A stretch of 64,000 bases of DNA from the NCBI GenBank assembly GCA_963827235.1, contig CAWHAE010000009.1:736001-800000 (forward strand), given 5' to 3'. Below, in pieces: positions 28,488 through 38,454 of this stretch; within the stretch, counting starts at the first letter, position 1, and every line of letters begins with the position of its first letter. Below the pieces are notes generated by a model. It was given only the letters and a program-made list of their open reading frames with translations. It was not told the DNA's origin and did no database searches. This stretch comes from an uncultured bacterium. Its GTDB lineage: Bacteria; Chloroflexota; UBA5177; JANWHV01. The position numbers were made by a program, and so were the translations under genes.

Positions 28488-30899
28488 TCATTTGCTCCAG
28501 TAGTCGGCGATCTTGGCGTCGGCCACTACGGGAACGAGCTTGATGAGCTTGCCGCCAGCCTTCACCATCTCGTGTTCCACGATCTTGCAGACCGCTTCTG
28601 CTTGATCCTCCCGGGCCTCCACCACGATCTCGTCGTGCACGGTGTTCACGACCCGCGCGTCGTAGCCCTGCAGGGCCTCGTTCAAGCCGATCAGGGCCAG
28701 CTTGGTCATATCTGCGTTCGTACCCTGGATCGGCGAGTTCTTGCCCTGCCGCTCGATGCTTGACCGTTTCTTGTTGTACTCGGGATCGTCGCGGTCTATG
28801 GGCGCGTAGTAGCGTTTGCGGCCGAGTATGGTGACACTGAAGCCCTTGCGTACCGCCTCTTTGCCCGCCTTGTCCAGCCAGCGCTGGATGCCCGCGTAGG
28901 CCTTGAAGTACTGGTCGATCAGGCGCCGCGCCTCCTCGGTGGAGACGCCGAGCTGCACGCCCAGCGCGGCGGGACCCCGGCCGTAAGCCAGCCCGAAGTT
29001 GATCACCTTGGCGGCGCTGCGCTGCTTCTTGTCGACCAGGTCGGGCGGCACCTGGAACATCTGGCTCGCGGTCAAGCGGTGCAGGTCTCCGCCGGACTGG
29101 AAGGCTTCGACGAAGGCGGGGTCCTCGCTGAGCTGCGCCAGGATGCGGAGCTCGGCCTGGCTGTAGTCGCAGGTGATCAGCTTGTAGCCGGGCGCCGGCA
29201 CGAAGCAGCCGCGGAAATCGCTGGTGGCCGGAATCTGCTGGATATTTGGATTGGTGCAGGAGAAGCGGCCTGTATCGGCGCCGAGCTGGTTGAAGTCGGG
29301 ATGGATGCGCCCGGTCTTGGGATGGATCAGCTCGAGGAACTTCTCACCGAAGGCGGAGAGCGTCTTCTCGAAGCCTCGATACTCCAGCAGCTTCTTGATG
29401 GCTGGGTGATCGTACTTCAGGAGCGTCGCTTCCATGGTGTCCGGCAGATCGATCCCCATGCGCGCGAACGTCTCCAGAAGCTGCGCATTGCTGTTCAAAT
29501 TGATCGCCGGTCCGCCGAACAACGACTGCTGGGGCACGGCATCGGCGATCAGCAGGCCGAGCTCGTCGGCACAGCGGTCCCGTTCCGCCTGGGAGGCGAC
29601 GATGATGTTGTGCCAGCGATCCTTGTCGATCAAACAGCCGGCCAGCTCCATCTCGCCGACCGCGATCAGCGTCTTGAATTCGAGGGCGGCGATGTTCACC
29701 ACGGATTCGCGGCGCAGCGCGTCTCGCTGCTGCTGGTAGATGGTGAACAGCACCAGCGCGTCTCGCGCGGCGTAGCGAAGCTGCTCCTCCGAGTATTCGC
29801 CGGTCTTGCCGACGAAGCTCGACCGTATCGCCTTGTCGAGCGCGATTCCGGCGTACTTCTGCGCCAGGGCGGCCAGGCCGATGCTGCGGCTGATGCCGGC
29901 GGTGAGCACGCGCTCGGCAAGCATGGTGTCGTAGATGCGACGCGTGGTGATACCCACCTGACTGCGCAACATCTTGTAGTCGAACTTGGCATTCTGCATC
30001 AGCTTGAGCGTGCGATCGTCTTCGAGAATGCGGCGCAGCGGGCGTGGATCGACCTTTCGCGCGTCGACCAGGTAAGCGCGGTCGGGCGTCGCTACCTGGA
30101 CCAGGAGCAGCGTGTCATCGACAAATGGATCGAGTCCGGTTGCCTCGGTGTCCACGGCCACGATGGGCTCGCCCGAGAGTGCAGCCACCACCTCCGCCAG
30201 CCGGGAGGGCTCGGTGATCAGCTCGAACTCGGCATTGACCGTCGCGGCACTGCCCGTATCGGGCCCGCTCTCCACGTCGAACAGCGCTCCAGCGTCATCC
30301 ACCGTGACGACGTGAACGGAGGGCGCGGGCACCGATCCTGCCGCTTCGGCGGTATTGTTCTGCCCGGGCACCGATTGTTCCTCGACGAGGACGGGAGGCT
30401 CCACGCTCAGCTCCGGCAGGTCGGCGAGCGCCAGCGCAGAGGCCTTCTTAGCATGGCCATTGCCGCGGCCGTTGCCGTTGCTCGTGCGCTTGCTTGAGAT
30501 AGGCTCCTCTTGCGCTTCGAAGGCGTCGCGCCGTGGCGCAGCCGATGCATTCGCGCCGCGCTCCGGCCTCGCCGTGCTGCTTTGGGAAGGCTGCTCTACG
30601 ACAAGCTGATCCGCCATGGGTGCAATGGCAAGGCGGGCAAGGGCAAGTGCCTCGATCACGACGCGGTTCGGCACCTTGTAGACCATGCTCTCGAACGCGT
30701 CATCGGGCGGGCGCTCCCCGCAGATCGGGCATGAAGGCAAATCCGGGTTGAAGGCAAGCTCGCAACAGACGCACGGCAGGTACCGCTTCAGGCGCGCTCC
30801 GCACAGGCAGCAGGAAACGGCTTGGCCGAATGGCAGGGTGTCCGGCAGGGCGGTCACCGTGAGACAAATCGGACAGGTGACCTTGCCGGGAACGATCAT
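28488..30899 (-). CDS. family A DNA polymerase (3'-5' exonuclease + polymerase, no 5'-3' exonuclease) with an N-terminal Cys-rich zinc-finger region
   Basis: Exo DTEATG, NAKFD, YAARDA; Pol motif A DYSQAELR, motif B RSAAKVINFGLAYG, motif C VHDE; N-terminal CPIC..CCLC..CVCC..CPIC. Confidence 0.9.
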   Translation of the reverse strand: MIVPGKVTCPICLTVTALPDTLPFGQAVSCCLCGARLKRYLPCVCCELAFNPDLPSCPICGERPPDDAFESMVYKVPNRVVIEALALARLAIAPMADQLVVEQPSQSSTARPERGANASAAPRRDAFEAQEEPISSKRTSNGNGRGNGHAKKASALALADLPELSVEPPVLVEEQSVPGQNNTAEAAGSVPAPSVHVVTVDDAGALFDVESGPDTGSAATVNAEFELITEPSRLAEVVAALSGEPIVAVDTEATGLDPFVDDTLLLVQVATPDRAYLVDARKVDPRPLRRILEDDRTLKLMQNAKFDYKMLRSQVGITTRRIYDTMLAERVLTAGISRSIGLAALAQKYAGIALDKAIRSSFVGKTGEYSEEQLRYAARDALVLFTIYQQQRDALRRESVVNIAALEFKTLIAVGEMELAGCLIDKDRWHNIIVASQAERDRCADELGLLIADAVPQQSLFGGPAINLNSNAQLLETFARMGIDLPDTMEATLLKYDHPAIKKLLEYRGFEKTLSAFGEKFLELIHPKTGRIHPDFNQLGADTGRFSCTNPNIQQIPATSDFRGCFVPAPGYKLITCDYSQAELRILAQLSEDPAFVEAFQSGGDLHRLTASQMFQVPPDLVDKKQRSAAKVINFGLAYGRGPAALGVQLGVSTEEARRLIDQYFKAYAGIQRWLDKAGKEAVRKGFSVTILGRKRYYAPIDRDDPEYNKKRSSIERQGKNSPIQGTNADMTKLALIGLNEALQGYDARVVNTVHDEIVVEAREDQAEAVCKIVEHEMVKAGGKLIKLVPVVADAKIADYWSK

Positions 30900-31140
30900 G
30901 ATGGTCGAGGCTCCTCGGGGCATAGCAGCCGGGTCACGCCGACCCGAGCGTCCGCACAACACATTGTACGGGCAAACGCGGAACCCGTGGGTGGACTTCT
31001 CCCCCGTCGCGGCAGTCGCCGGGACATTTTCCTCGGGCCTCTTTTCCTGTCGCCGGGTGCCGGACGAGCTTGCATGGTCACCTCCGGATACTTCGCCACG
31101 GCTCCTCGACTGCGCGGCGTGGCGGCGGGCTCGGCGCCCA

Positions 31141-32493
31141 TCAGGTTCTCATCCGCAGGTAGCTCTGGTAGCGCCGCGCAGCTATCGTGCCGGACTCTAC
31201 TGCCGCCTTGATCGCACAGCCGGGCTCCTGGCGATGGCTGCAGGCAGGACCGAACCGGCAGCGGCCGACCAGCGGCTCCATCTCGCGGAATACTCCCGCC
31301 AGGGCGGCGCCCGGGAGGTCCCAGAGACCGAATTCGCGCATGCCCGGCGTATCGATCAGGCCGCCGCCCCCATCCAGGGGAAAGAGCTCCAGATGGGTGG
31401 TCGTGTGCTTTCCTTTGTTCGTGGCGCGGCTTACCTCGGCCACGCGGAGGCCGAGGCCCGGCTGGATGGCGTTCAGCAAACTCGTCTTGCCCACGCCGGA
31501 CGGTCCCACCAGCACAGAGATACGGCCCGACAACTGCTCCTTGAACTGTTGCAGGCCGTCGCCGTGCACGGTGCTGGTGAGCATCACTGGGTAGCCGAGG
31601 TCGCGAAATACCGCTACCTCCGCCAGCAGATCCGCTGAGACGCCCAGATCATGCTTGTTCAAGCAGATCACTGCCGGCACGCCCCACCATTCGGCAGCCG
31701 CCAGGTAGCGGTCCAGCACTTCCCATTTCGGCTCGGGGTGCGCGACGGCCAGAACGGCGAGTACCTGGTCGAGGTTGGCTACGATCACCTGCTCCAGCGG
31801 CTTGGCACCTGCCGCGCGCCGCGAAAGCTTGTTCTTGCGCGGCAGCACGGCGGTGATCAGCCCTTCCTCATTGCCGCGTTCCACGAAGCGGACGAGGTCG
31901 CCGATGGCCACGGGATCTACCTGCTTGATCTCTTTCACCTCCATCACCCGATGGCGAAGCGACGTGGGATCGGCGATCGGATAGACGAGTTGCTTGCGCA
32001 AGGCGCTGGAAACGGCGCACTCTACCAGGCGCCCGCCGGCATCGACCTGATAGCGCCCCAGGGACTTGCGGCACACCGTGCCGGTGCTCGAGAACGGCTG
32101 CTCATGCCGGCGTGACGCCGCCGCATCCGTCGCCGCGCCGTCCGGAATGAGATCCGGCTCCCCACTCGCATGCAATGGGCCCGCGGCCGGACGGGAGAGT
32201 GCTGGCGGCTGGGGCCGGCCGGCGGGCGCGCCTGGACTATCGTCCTCGACGCTACCTGAGCGTGGCGTGTGCGTACCGGACGGGGCACGAGCCGCGACGC
32301 TATTCGGATTCACCGGGCGTCCATGCCTGTTCTTCAGCGGCCGTGGCCTGCCCATGGCCCTTAACTGGCGGCGCAGGCTGCCTGTTCCATAGTCTTCCAG
32401 GTCCTGCTCGTATTCCGCGTAATCATCGGTCTCGGACGAGGTTTCTTTGTCGAAATCGTCGAGCTCTACAGAGTCGCCGGTCAACGAACGCAT
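31141..32493 (-). CDS. rsgA: ribosome small subunit-dependent GTPase RsgA with a long N-terminal extension
   Basis: NKHD, GPSGVGKTS, GKHTTT, DTPG and Zn site CRFGPACSHRQEPGC; start codon uncertain. Confidence 0.88.
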   Translation of the reverse strand: MRSLTGDSVELDDFDKETSSETDDYAEYEQDLEDYGTGSLRRQLRAMGRPRPLKNRHGRPVNPNSVAARAPSGTHTPRSGSVEDDSPGAPAGRPQPPALSRPAAGPLHASGEPDLIPDGAATDAAASRRHEQPFSSTGTVCRKSLGRYQVDAGGRLVECAVSSALRKQLVYPIADPTSLRHRVMEVKEIKQVDPVAIGDLVRFVERGNEEGLITAVLPRKNKLSRRAAGAKPLEQVIVANLDQVLAVLAVAHPEPKWEVLDRYLAAAEWWGVPAVICLNKHDLGVSADLLAEVAVFRDLGYPVMLTSTVHGDGLQQFKEQLSGRISVLVGPSGVGKTSLLNAIQPGLGLRVAEVSRATNKGKHTTTHLELFPLDGGGGLIDTPGMREFGLWDLPGAALAGVFREMEPLVGRCRFGPACSHRQEPGCAIKAAVESGTIAARRYQSYLRMRT

Positions 32494-32738
32494 CGGTTCT
32501 CTTTCTGAATACCCTGGTGCTTGGGCCCGGTTCGCCCAAATGGCAGCGCGTGCAGGCTGGGTGAGCATGGCCGGCTCGCGGAAGGTGAGCGGACGCGCGG
32601 AACCGCGGGCAGAAGGGCGCCGTTGCCGCGATCTCGGATGCCCGGCGGATGTCTAGCAGGCGATCGCGCCAGGCAGCCGCCGCGTCTGCGGTAGCACGGT
32701 CCTGTGCGACGCTGGGCAGGCAGAGCCAAGCCGGGGAA

Positions 32739-32822
32739 TCAGAAGGAGAGGGTCTCCATCTCGGCAGGCGCACCTTGCCGGCGCGCGAAGCGCGCGGCAC
32801 GGCCATGACGAAGAGCTGTCAT
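32739..32822 (-). CDS. putative 27-aa leader peptide upstream of rsgA (MTALRHGRAARFARRQGAPAEMETLSF)
   Basis: AAAGGAGG 7 nt before the ATG; directly downstream of a sigma70-like promoter. Confidence 0.5.
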   Translation of the reverse strand: MTALRHGRAARFARRQGAPAEMETLSF

Positions 32823-32858
32823 CAGGGCGCCTCCTTTCGAATCCACGAAACAGCACTA

Positions 32859-32887
32859 ACCCTAACATGTGCGCGTGTGTCCCGCAA
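32859..32887 (-). promoter_or_regulatory. sigma70-type promoter for the leader peptide and rsgA
   Basis: TTGCGG-17 bp-TAGGGT with extended -10 TG. Confidence 0.45.
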
Positions 32888-33056
32888 TACCGGGCAGCGT
32901 CGCGAGGTGTATACCGCGTTACACTCCGGGCAATTGCCGCCTGCCCGCACGGTGCCTCCTGCTCCACTCGACGTTGCCGGCAAGCGAGGTCGGCGGCACG
33001 CAGGGGCCGGCGCGCCGGGAATCGATGCTCCTCTGAACAACCTGCGCGGCAAACTC

Positions 33057-33083
33057 TTGACACGTTAGGTGCCCGCCTATAAT
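33057..33083 (+). promoter_or_regulatory. sigma70-type promoter of the peptide ABC operon
   Basis: Consensus TTGACA and TATAAT, but the spacer is only 15 bp. Confidence 0.5.
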
Positions 33084-33242
33084 CTGGCTATATCTCCCGA
33101 GAAGCTGGGGCCCACAATGCTGGGGCGCCCCGGCACGCGCATGCGCCGCGCAAGGTGTCGAAGAAGCCGCCCCAATCAATCGTGCAACTAGGCCGGACCC
33201 GCCTAGTGAGCTTCTATGTCGACACAGGAGAGGAGACCCGTC

Positions 33243-34832
33243 ATGCAACGCGCCCCGCTCATCCATGATCCGCGCCTTACTCGAAGCCAGTTCTTGCGTC
33301 TGACCGCCGCCGGAACGGCCGGGGCAATGCTGGCCGGCACGTCCGTTGCCACGGCATACGGCCGTTCCGCAGCGGCACCGGTGCGTGGCGGCACGATACG
33401 TCTTGGCCAGCTCGGCGATGTGAAGTCCTTCGACGGTCCTATGATCTCGGACAACAACTCGATCTGGACCATGCTGCTCATCTACGACCAGCTCACTCGG
33501 CCGACTCCCGATGGCCTTAACGTCGAGCCAAGCCTGGCCACCGGGTGGGAGATCTCCGCGGACGGCAAGACGTACACGTTCCACTTGCGACACGGCGTGA
33601 CCTTCCACGACGGCAGCCCGATGACCGCCGCCGACGTCAAGTTCTCGGTGGAACGCGCCGTGAATATCAAGGGCAGCCAGTGGTCGTTTCTCTTCACCGG
33701 CTTCAAGGGCATGGAGGTCGTCGACACGTACACCGTGCGCGCCCATCTCTCCGAGCCGCGAGCGCCCTTCCTCTCCGACGTCGCCCTCTTCGCCACGTCG
33801 ATCCTGCCCGAGAAGCTGGTTACCAGCCAGGGAGAGCGCTTCTTTCAGAATCCCGTGGGCACGGGTCCATTCATGTTCAAGTCGTGGACCAAGGGCAGCC
33901 AGCTCGTTTTCTCGCGCAACCCGCATCACTTCCGCGCGCCCATGCCTTACGTCGACGAGATTCAGCAGATGGTGGTCGGCGACGACAACACACGTGTGCT
34001 GCAGGTGACGAGCGGCGAGCTGGATATCGCGCTCTTCGTGCCGCCTGCCCAGGCGGCGGCGATCAAGAGCAATCCGAGCGTCGTGCTGCACCAGGACAAT
34101 TTCCTGGACTCCAACTTCATTGTGCTGCAGAACACGTCTCCACATCTCAGCGACAAGCTGGTCCGGCAAGCCATGAACTACGCCATCGACAAGGACGTGA
34201 TCATCAAGCGTCTTCTCTTTGGCTACGGGCAGCCCAGCGGCCAGGCTATGCCCGACATGTTCGGCTACAGCCCGTCGGTCCAGCCGTACCCGTATGACCT
34301 CGCCAAGGCAAAATCCCTGATGGCGAAATCCAAGTATCCCTCGGGGTTCGGCATCACCATGCTGGTCGACCAGGCGACGGAGCAGGCGGACAAGCCGCTG
34401 GCGGAGTTCGTCCAGGAACAGCTCAAGGAGATCGGCGTCGCCGTCACCATCCAGGTTCTCGACGACGCCACGCTGCTGGCCAAGACGCAAAGCACCAACT
34501 ACGAGATGGCAAAAGGGTACATGACCAGCGATATCGTCGATCCCGACGAGCTGATGAGCTTTGCCATCGTCCCCCACGGCGGGACCAACGCCATCTGGAC
34601 CTACTATCAGAATTCTCTGGTGGACAAGCTGGCGGCGCAGGCCGCGGCCATAACCGATCGCGCTAAGCGGCAGAAGCTTTACGATCAGGTCAACACCATA
34701 CATCACGACGACGCGCCGATGATCTTCCTCTATCGCCAACCCAGTCTCAGCGCGACCAGCAACAAGCTTCAGGGCTTCAAAGTGCTTCCGACCGGCAACT
34801 ATCGCCTGGAAGAGTGCTGGTTCTCTTCCTAG
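33243..34832 (+). CDS. peptide/nickel ABC substrate-binding protein (family 5), Tat-like signal
   Basis: LTRSQFL signal, TYTFHLRHGVTFHDG, PVGTGPF, VRQAMNYAID. Confidence 0.9.
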   Translation: MQRAPLIHDPRLTRSQFLRLTAAGTAGAMLAGTSVATAYGRSAAAPVRGGTIRLGQLGDVKSFDGPMISDNNSIWTMLLIYDQLTRPTPDGLNVEPSLATGWEISADGKTYTFHLRHGVTFHDGSPMTAADVKFSVERAVNIKGSQWSFLFTGFKGMEVVDTYTVRAHLSEPRAPFLSDVALFATSILPEKLVTSQGERFFQNPVGTGPFMFKSWTKGSQLVFSRNPHHFRAPMPYVDEIQQMVVGDDNTRVLQVTSGELDIALFVPPAQAAAIKSNPSVVLHQDNFLDSNFIVLQNTSPHLSDKLVRQAMNYAIDKDVIIKRLLFGYGQPSGQAMPDMFGYSPSVQPYPYDLAKAKSLMAKSKYPSGFGITMLVDQATEQADKPLAEFVQEQLKEIGVAVTIQVLDDATLLAKTQSTNYEMAKGYMTSDIVDPDELMSFAIVPHGGTNAIWTYYQNSLVDKLAAQAAAITDRAKRQKLYDQVNTIHHDDAPMIFLYRQPSLSATSNKLQGFKVLPTGNYRLEECWFSS

Positions 34833-34844
34833 CGAGTAGCAAGC

Positions 34845-34877
34845 GCCATGGGCGAGCGCCGCCCGGTCGCCCATGGC
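34845..34877 (+). other. intercistronic stem-loop after the SBP gene (likely mRNA stabiliser)
   Basis: GCCATGGGCGA...TCGCCCATGGC, 11-bp stem. Confidence 0.5.
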
Positions 34878-35045
34878 CTGAGCCCAGTGAGACAGCGTCA
34901 GGCAAGATTTCAGCATGGAGCCCTATATCTGCCGTGGAGACGTATCGCATCTATTCGCCCGCTTGCATGCCGGCGGACGCCGTGCGCTCCTGCGGACGGG
35001 CGGTAAGTTCCGTCATATTTCCGGCAGCGCGGGGAGAGGAGGGGC

Positions 35046-35981
35046 ATGGCGACGATCGTCTTGCGGCGGGTCCTGCAGCTGATCCCTGTCTTCTTCGGAC
35101 TCTCTATCACCATCTTCCTGCTCATTCACCTGATCCCCGGCGACCCGGCCCAGGTGATGCTCTCGTTCCGCGCCACGCCGGAGGCGATTGCCGCTCTGCA
35201 CAAAGCCTGGCATCTGGATAGTCCGCTGCCGCTGCAGTACTGGTACTTCATGCGCCGGCTCTTCGTGGGCGATCTCGGTACTTCCGTACAGTATCAAGTG
35301 CCGGTCAGCGACTTGCTCGCCTCCCGGGTGCAGGAGACCCTGCTGCTGGCTCTGCTCAGCATGCTCGTGAGCCTGGTCCTGGCCGTCCCGCTCGCCGCCC
35401 TGGCGGCGGTGAACATGAACCGGTGGCCGGACCTGCTCATCCGCGTCGTCACCGTGCTCGGCTTTGCCATGCCGTCCTTCTGGATTGCCTTGCTACTCGA
35501 GCTGCTGCTGGGTAGCAAGTGGCGGATCTTTCCCGTGGCGGGCTACGGCACGACCATGGCGGACCACCTCTATCACCTGGCGCTGCCCGCTATCGTCGTG
35601 GCGCTCTCGGTGTTCCCGCTCATCCTGCGCACGCTTCGGGCCGGCATACTCGAAGTCCTGCACATGGAGTACGTGCGCACTGCGCGGGCGAAGGGTCTTG
35701 CCAGGCACACCGTCCTGTACAAGCACGTGTTTCGCAATGCGCTCATTCCCACTATTGCCGTGGTGGGCGTGAACATGGGCTTTCTGCTGGGAGGCACCGT
35801 GATCATCGAGACGGTGTTTGGCCTCCCCGGCGTCGGCGCCCTCCTGATCGGCGGTATCAACGAACGCGACTATCCGCTGGTGCAGGCAGGCGCCCTCGTG
35901 CTTGCCCTGATCTTCGTCCTGGTAAATTTGCTGACCGATATCGTGTACATCTTCGTCGATCCGAGGATTCATCCGCGCTGA
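35046..35981 (+). CDS. peptide ABC permease (DppB/OppB-like)
   Basis: IPGDP, GDLGTS, YVRTARAKG, RDYPLVQ, DPRI. Confidence 0.92.
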   Translation: MATIVLRRVLQLIPVFFGLSITIFLLIHLIPGDPAQVMLSFRATPEAIAALHKAWHLDSPLPLQYWYFMRRLFVGDLGTSVQYQVPVSDLLASRVQETLLLALLSMLVSLVLAVPLAALAAVNMNRWPDLLIRVVTVLGFAMPSFWIALLLELLLGSKWRIFPVAGYGTTMADHLYHLALPAIVVALSVFPLILRTLRAGILEVLHMEYVRTARAKGLARHTVLYKHVFRNALIPTIAVVGVNMGFLLGGTVIIETVFGLPGVGALLIGGINERDYPLVQAGALVLALIFVLVNLLTDIVYIFVDPRIHPR

Positions 35982-36017
35982 TCGACCACGTGCTCAGACC
36001 ACGGAAAGTGCGCAGGC

Positions 36018-36920
36018 ATGGAAGCATCCGCCCTCAACCCGCCGAATCTGCCGAACACGCTGGCCGGCGAGCCCTTGCTCGTCGCGGCACCTCGCCAGGC
36101 AGCACTACTCTCGCGGCTGCGACGGTATCGCACCCTTGCCGTGGGTCTGGGTCTGGTGCTGGCATTGGTGCTCATGGCGATCTTCGGTCCGCTGCTGATG
36201 CCGTACGATCCCACAGTCGGCGACATCATGAACAGTCTGGCCGCGCCCTCGCACGCGCACCTCCTGGGCACGGACTACGAGGGACGCGACATGCTTGCGC
36301 GCGTGCTCTCGGGCGCGCGGGTCGCTCTCGGCGTGAGCGTGACCACGGTGATCATCTCGTTGATCGTCGGCAGCCTGCTGGGCATGTTCGCGGCCTACGC
36401 GGGCGGTGTGGTGGGCGCCGCGATCATGCGCATCCTCGATATCGTGATCTCGTTCCCCTACGTCGTTCTGGTCATCGCCGTGCTGGCCGTGCTCGGTCCA
36501 GGCATGCTCAGCGTGGGCGTTGCCATCGCTGCCGTGGACTGGACGACCTACGGGCGCATCATGTATGGCCAAGTGCTCAGCGTTCGGGAGCGCGAGTACG
36601 TCGAAGCATGCAAGGCGACCGGCATGGCGCCGTCGCGCATCCTGCTGCGGCACATACTCCCCAACGTATGGACGCCCGCGCTCGTCTACGCCACGCTCGA
36701 CATCACCCAGGTCATTCTGCTCATGTCTGCTCTGAGCTTCCTTGGCCTTGGCGTGCAGCCACCCAACTCCGATTGGGGTACTATGGTCTCCGACGGGCGA
36801 GCGTATATCTATTCGGCATGGTGGATCAGCACCTTCCCTGGCATCGCGATCATGATCACGGGCAGCTGTTTCGCCATCCTGGGCGACGGCCTGGCCGAAG
36901 CGCTGGACAACCGGCGCTGA
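36018..36920 (+). CDS. peptide ABC permease (DppC/OppC-like)
   Basis: HLLGTDYEGRD, EYVEAC, RHILPN, LSFLGLGVQPP. Confidence 0.92.
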   Translation: MEASALNPPNLPNTLAGEPLLVAAPRQAALLSRLRRYRTLAVGLGLVLALVLMAIFGPLLMPYDPTVGDIMNSLAAPSHAHLLGTDYEGRDMLARVLSGARVALGVSVTTVIISLIVGSLLGMFAAYAGGVVGAAIMRILDIVISFPYVVLVIAVLAVLGPGMLSVGVAIAAVDWTTYGRIMYGQVLSVREREYVEACKATGMAPSRILLRHILPNVWTPALVYATLDITQVILLMSALSFLGLGVQPPNSDWGTMVSDGRAYIYSAWWISTFPGIAIMITGSCFAILGDGLAEALDNRR

Positions 36921-37023
36921 ATGAGTGCTCCCATTCCGGCATAGCCGGCGGCCCACGGTCCCAACCGCGTGGCAGCGTGCGGCGGCATGCCCGAGAGATC
37001 CGGCCGCGGCCGGTTGGAAAGAG

Positions 37024-38454
37024 ATGATGCGTATGCATGACACATCGGCGACCACCCAGGCACTCGACGAATTCATCGTGGAGTCGATGGCGCAGGGAAA
37101 TACCCCGGGCCTGGCAATCAGCGTAGTCAGGGGCGGCACCACCGTGTTCCAGCGCGGATACGGCGTGGCCGATTGCGATACGGGCCGGCCGATGAGCGAG
37201 CGGACCGCGGTGGTCATCGGTTCGACCACCAAAGCCTTTACCTGTGCCGCGCTCCTGCAGCTCGTCGAGGCCGGCAAGCTGCGGCTCGACGATCCCGTGC
37301 AACAGCATATCCCCTCGTTCCGCGTGCGCGACGAGGACGCCTCCGCGCGCATGACCATCCGCCAGGTGGTGACTCATAACGCCGGCTTGCCGCCCACCGT
37401 CTCGGACAACGGCCGCTTCCTGTTCAACGACTACGACGCGCCGGATGCCACGGCTCGATACATAGCGGATCTCGCTTCGGCCGATTTGATCGCGCCGCTG
37501 GGCAGTACCTGGGTGTACGCCAACGACGGCTTCAGCATCGCCGGGCGCATCGTCGAGATCGTCTCGGGAAGGTCCTACGAAGAGTACGTGCAGCGCGACA
37601 TTCTTGGCCCGTTGGGCGTTACGGAGTCGGGATTCAGCACGGAGCTGCCGCCGGGCATCGATCTGGCGACGGCACATGACTATGATGCCGACGGCCGGCA
37701 CTATACGTCGTTCTTCCCGCATAACCGGGCCGGGGCGGCGGCGGGCTCCACGCTCGTGATGTCAGCACGCGACGCTGGCCGCTGGCTGCAGGCGATCCTC
37801 GACCGCGGCCGCGTGGGAACGCGGCAGCTCCTCTCGGAGGAGAGCTTCGCCGAGCTCGTGCGGCCGCAGGTGAGCATCCCCAAGAGCGTGCGTGGCAGCA
37901 GCGGCGCCGATCGGCGCTATGCACTCGGCTGGATGGCCGGCCAGACGGGCGGCATCGATACTCTCAGCCACGGCGGATCGACGATCACCATGGGCTCGTA
38001 CTTCATCGTCGCTCCCGACGAGCGGCTGGCCGTGGCCGTGGTGGCAAACAGCGGCACGACAGTATCCGACATCGTGGCCGAGGCGGCAGTGCGACTCTTC
38101 ACCGGCGGCGCGCCGGCGCGCCGCTTCCCGGCGGTGGATCGCTCATTCGTGCCTGATCGCACGCTGTGGCCGCGCTTTGCCGGCGTCTACGTGGCGCACA
38201 TCCTGCAGAATGACGTGCCCGGCCCCTTGCCTATCAAATACGAGGAGGGGCGCCTGTTTGCCACCACCTACCCCGGCGACGCGCGGCGCCGGCCCGGCAA
38301 TATCTACGCCTACCCACTGAGCGACGGCGAGTTCGTGCTGTTTGGCCGCGGGCGCACGGGCTGGCCCGCCACCTTCGCGATCAAGAACGGGGTCGTGGAA
38401 GCCACCTGGCACGAGGTGCCCATTGTCAAGCAAGAAGGTGTTTCGCAGGCATGA
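37024..38454 (+). CDS. serine hydrolase, beta-lactamase/D-peptidase (AmpC-like) family
   Basis: SxxK (STTK), YxN (YAN), HGG; no signal peptide; start is one of several nearby ATGs. Confidence 0.85.
   Translation: MMRMHDTSATTQALDEFIVESMAQGNTPGLAISVVRGGTTVFQRGYGVADCDTGRPMSERTAVVIGSTTKAFTCAALLQLVEAGKLRLDDPVQQHIPSFRVRDEDASARMTIRQVVTHNAGLPPTVSDNGRFLFNDYDAPDATARYIADLASADLIAPLGSTWVYANDGFSIAGRIVEIVSGRSYEEYVQRDILGPLGVTESGFSTELPPGIDLATAHDYDADGRHYTSFFPHNRAGAAAGSTLVMSARDAGRWLQAILDRGRVGTRQLLSEESFAELVRPQVSIPKSVRGSSGADRRYALGWMAGQTGGIDTLSHGGSTITMGSYFIVAPDERLAVAVVANSGTTVSDIVAEAAVRLFTGGAPARRFPAVDRSFVPDRTLWPRFAGVYVAHILQNDVPGPLPIKYEEGRLFATTYPGDARRRPGNIYAYPLSDGEFVLFGRGRTGWPATFAIKNGVVEATWHEVPIVKQEGVSQA

Noticed and set aside
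28488-30899. PolA as a prophage or mobile-element marker
   Set aside because: No integrase, primase/helicase, structural genes or att-like repeats nearby
32919-34916. Long antisense or alternate-frame ORFs (e.g. 32919-34916, 49137-51299, 18306-19916, 3148-4857, 62940-63980)
   Set aside because: Shadow ORFs of well-supported genes, expected in high-GC DNA; no motifs
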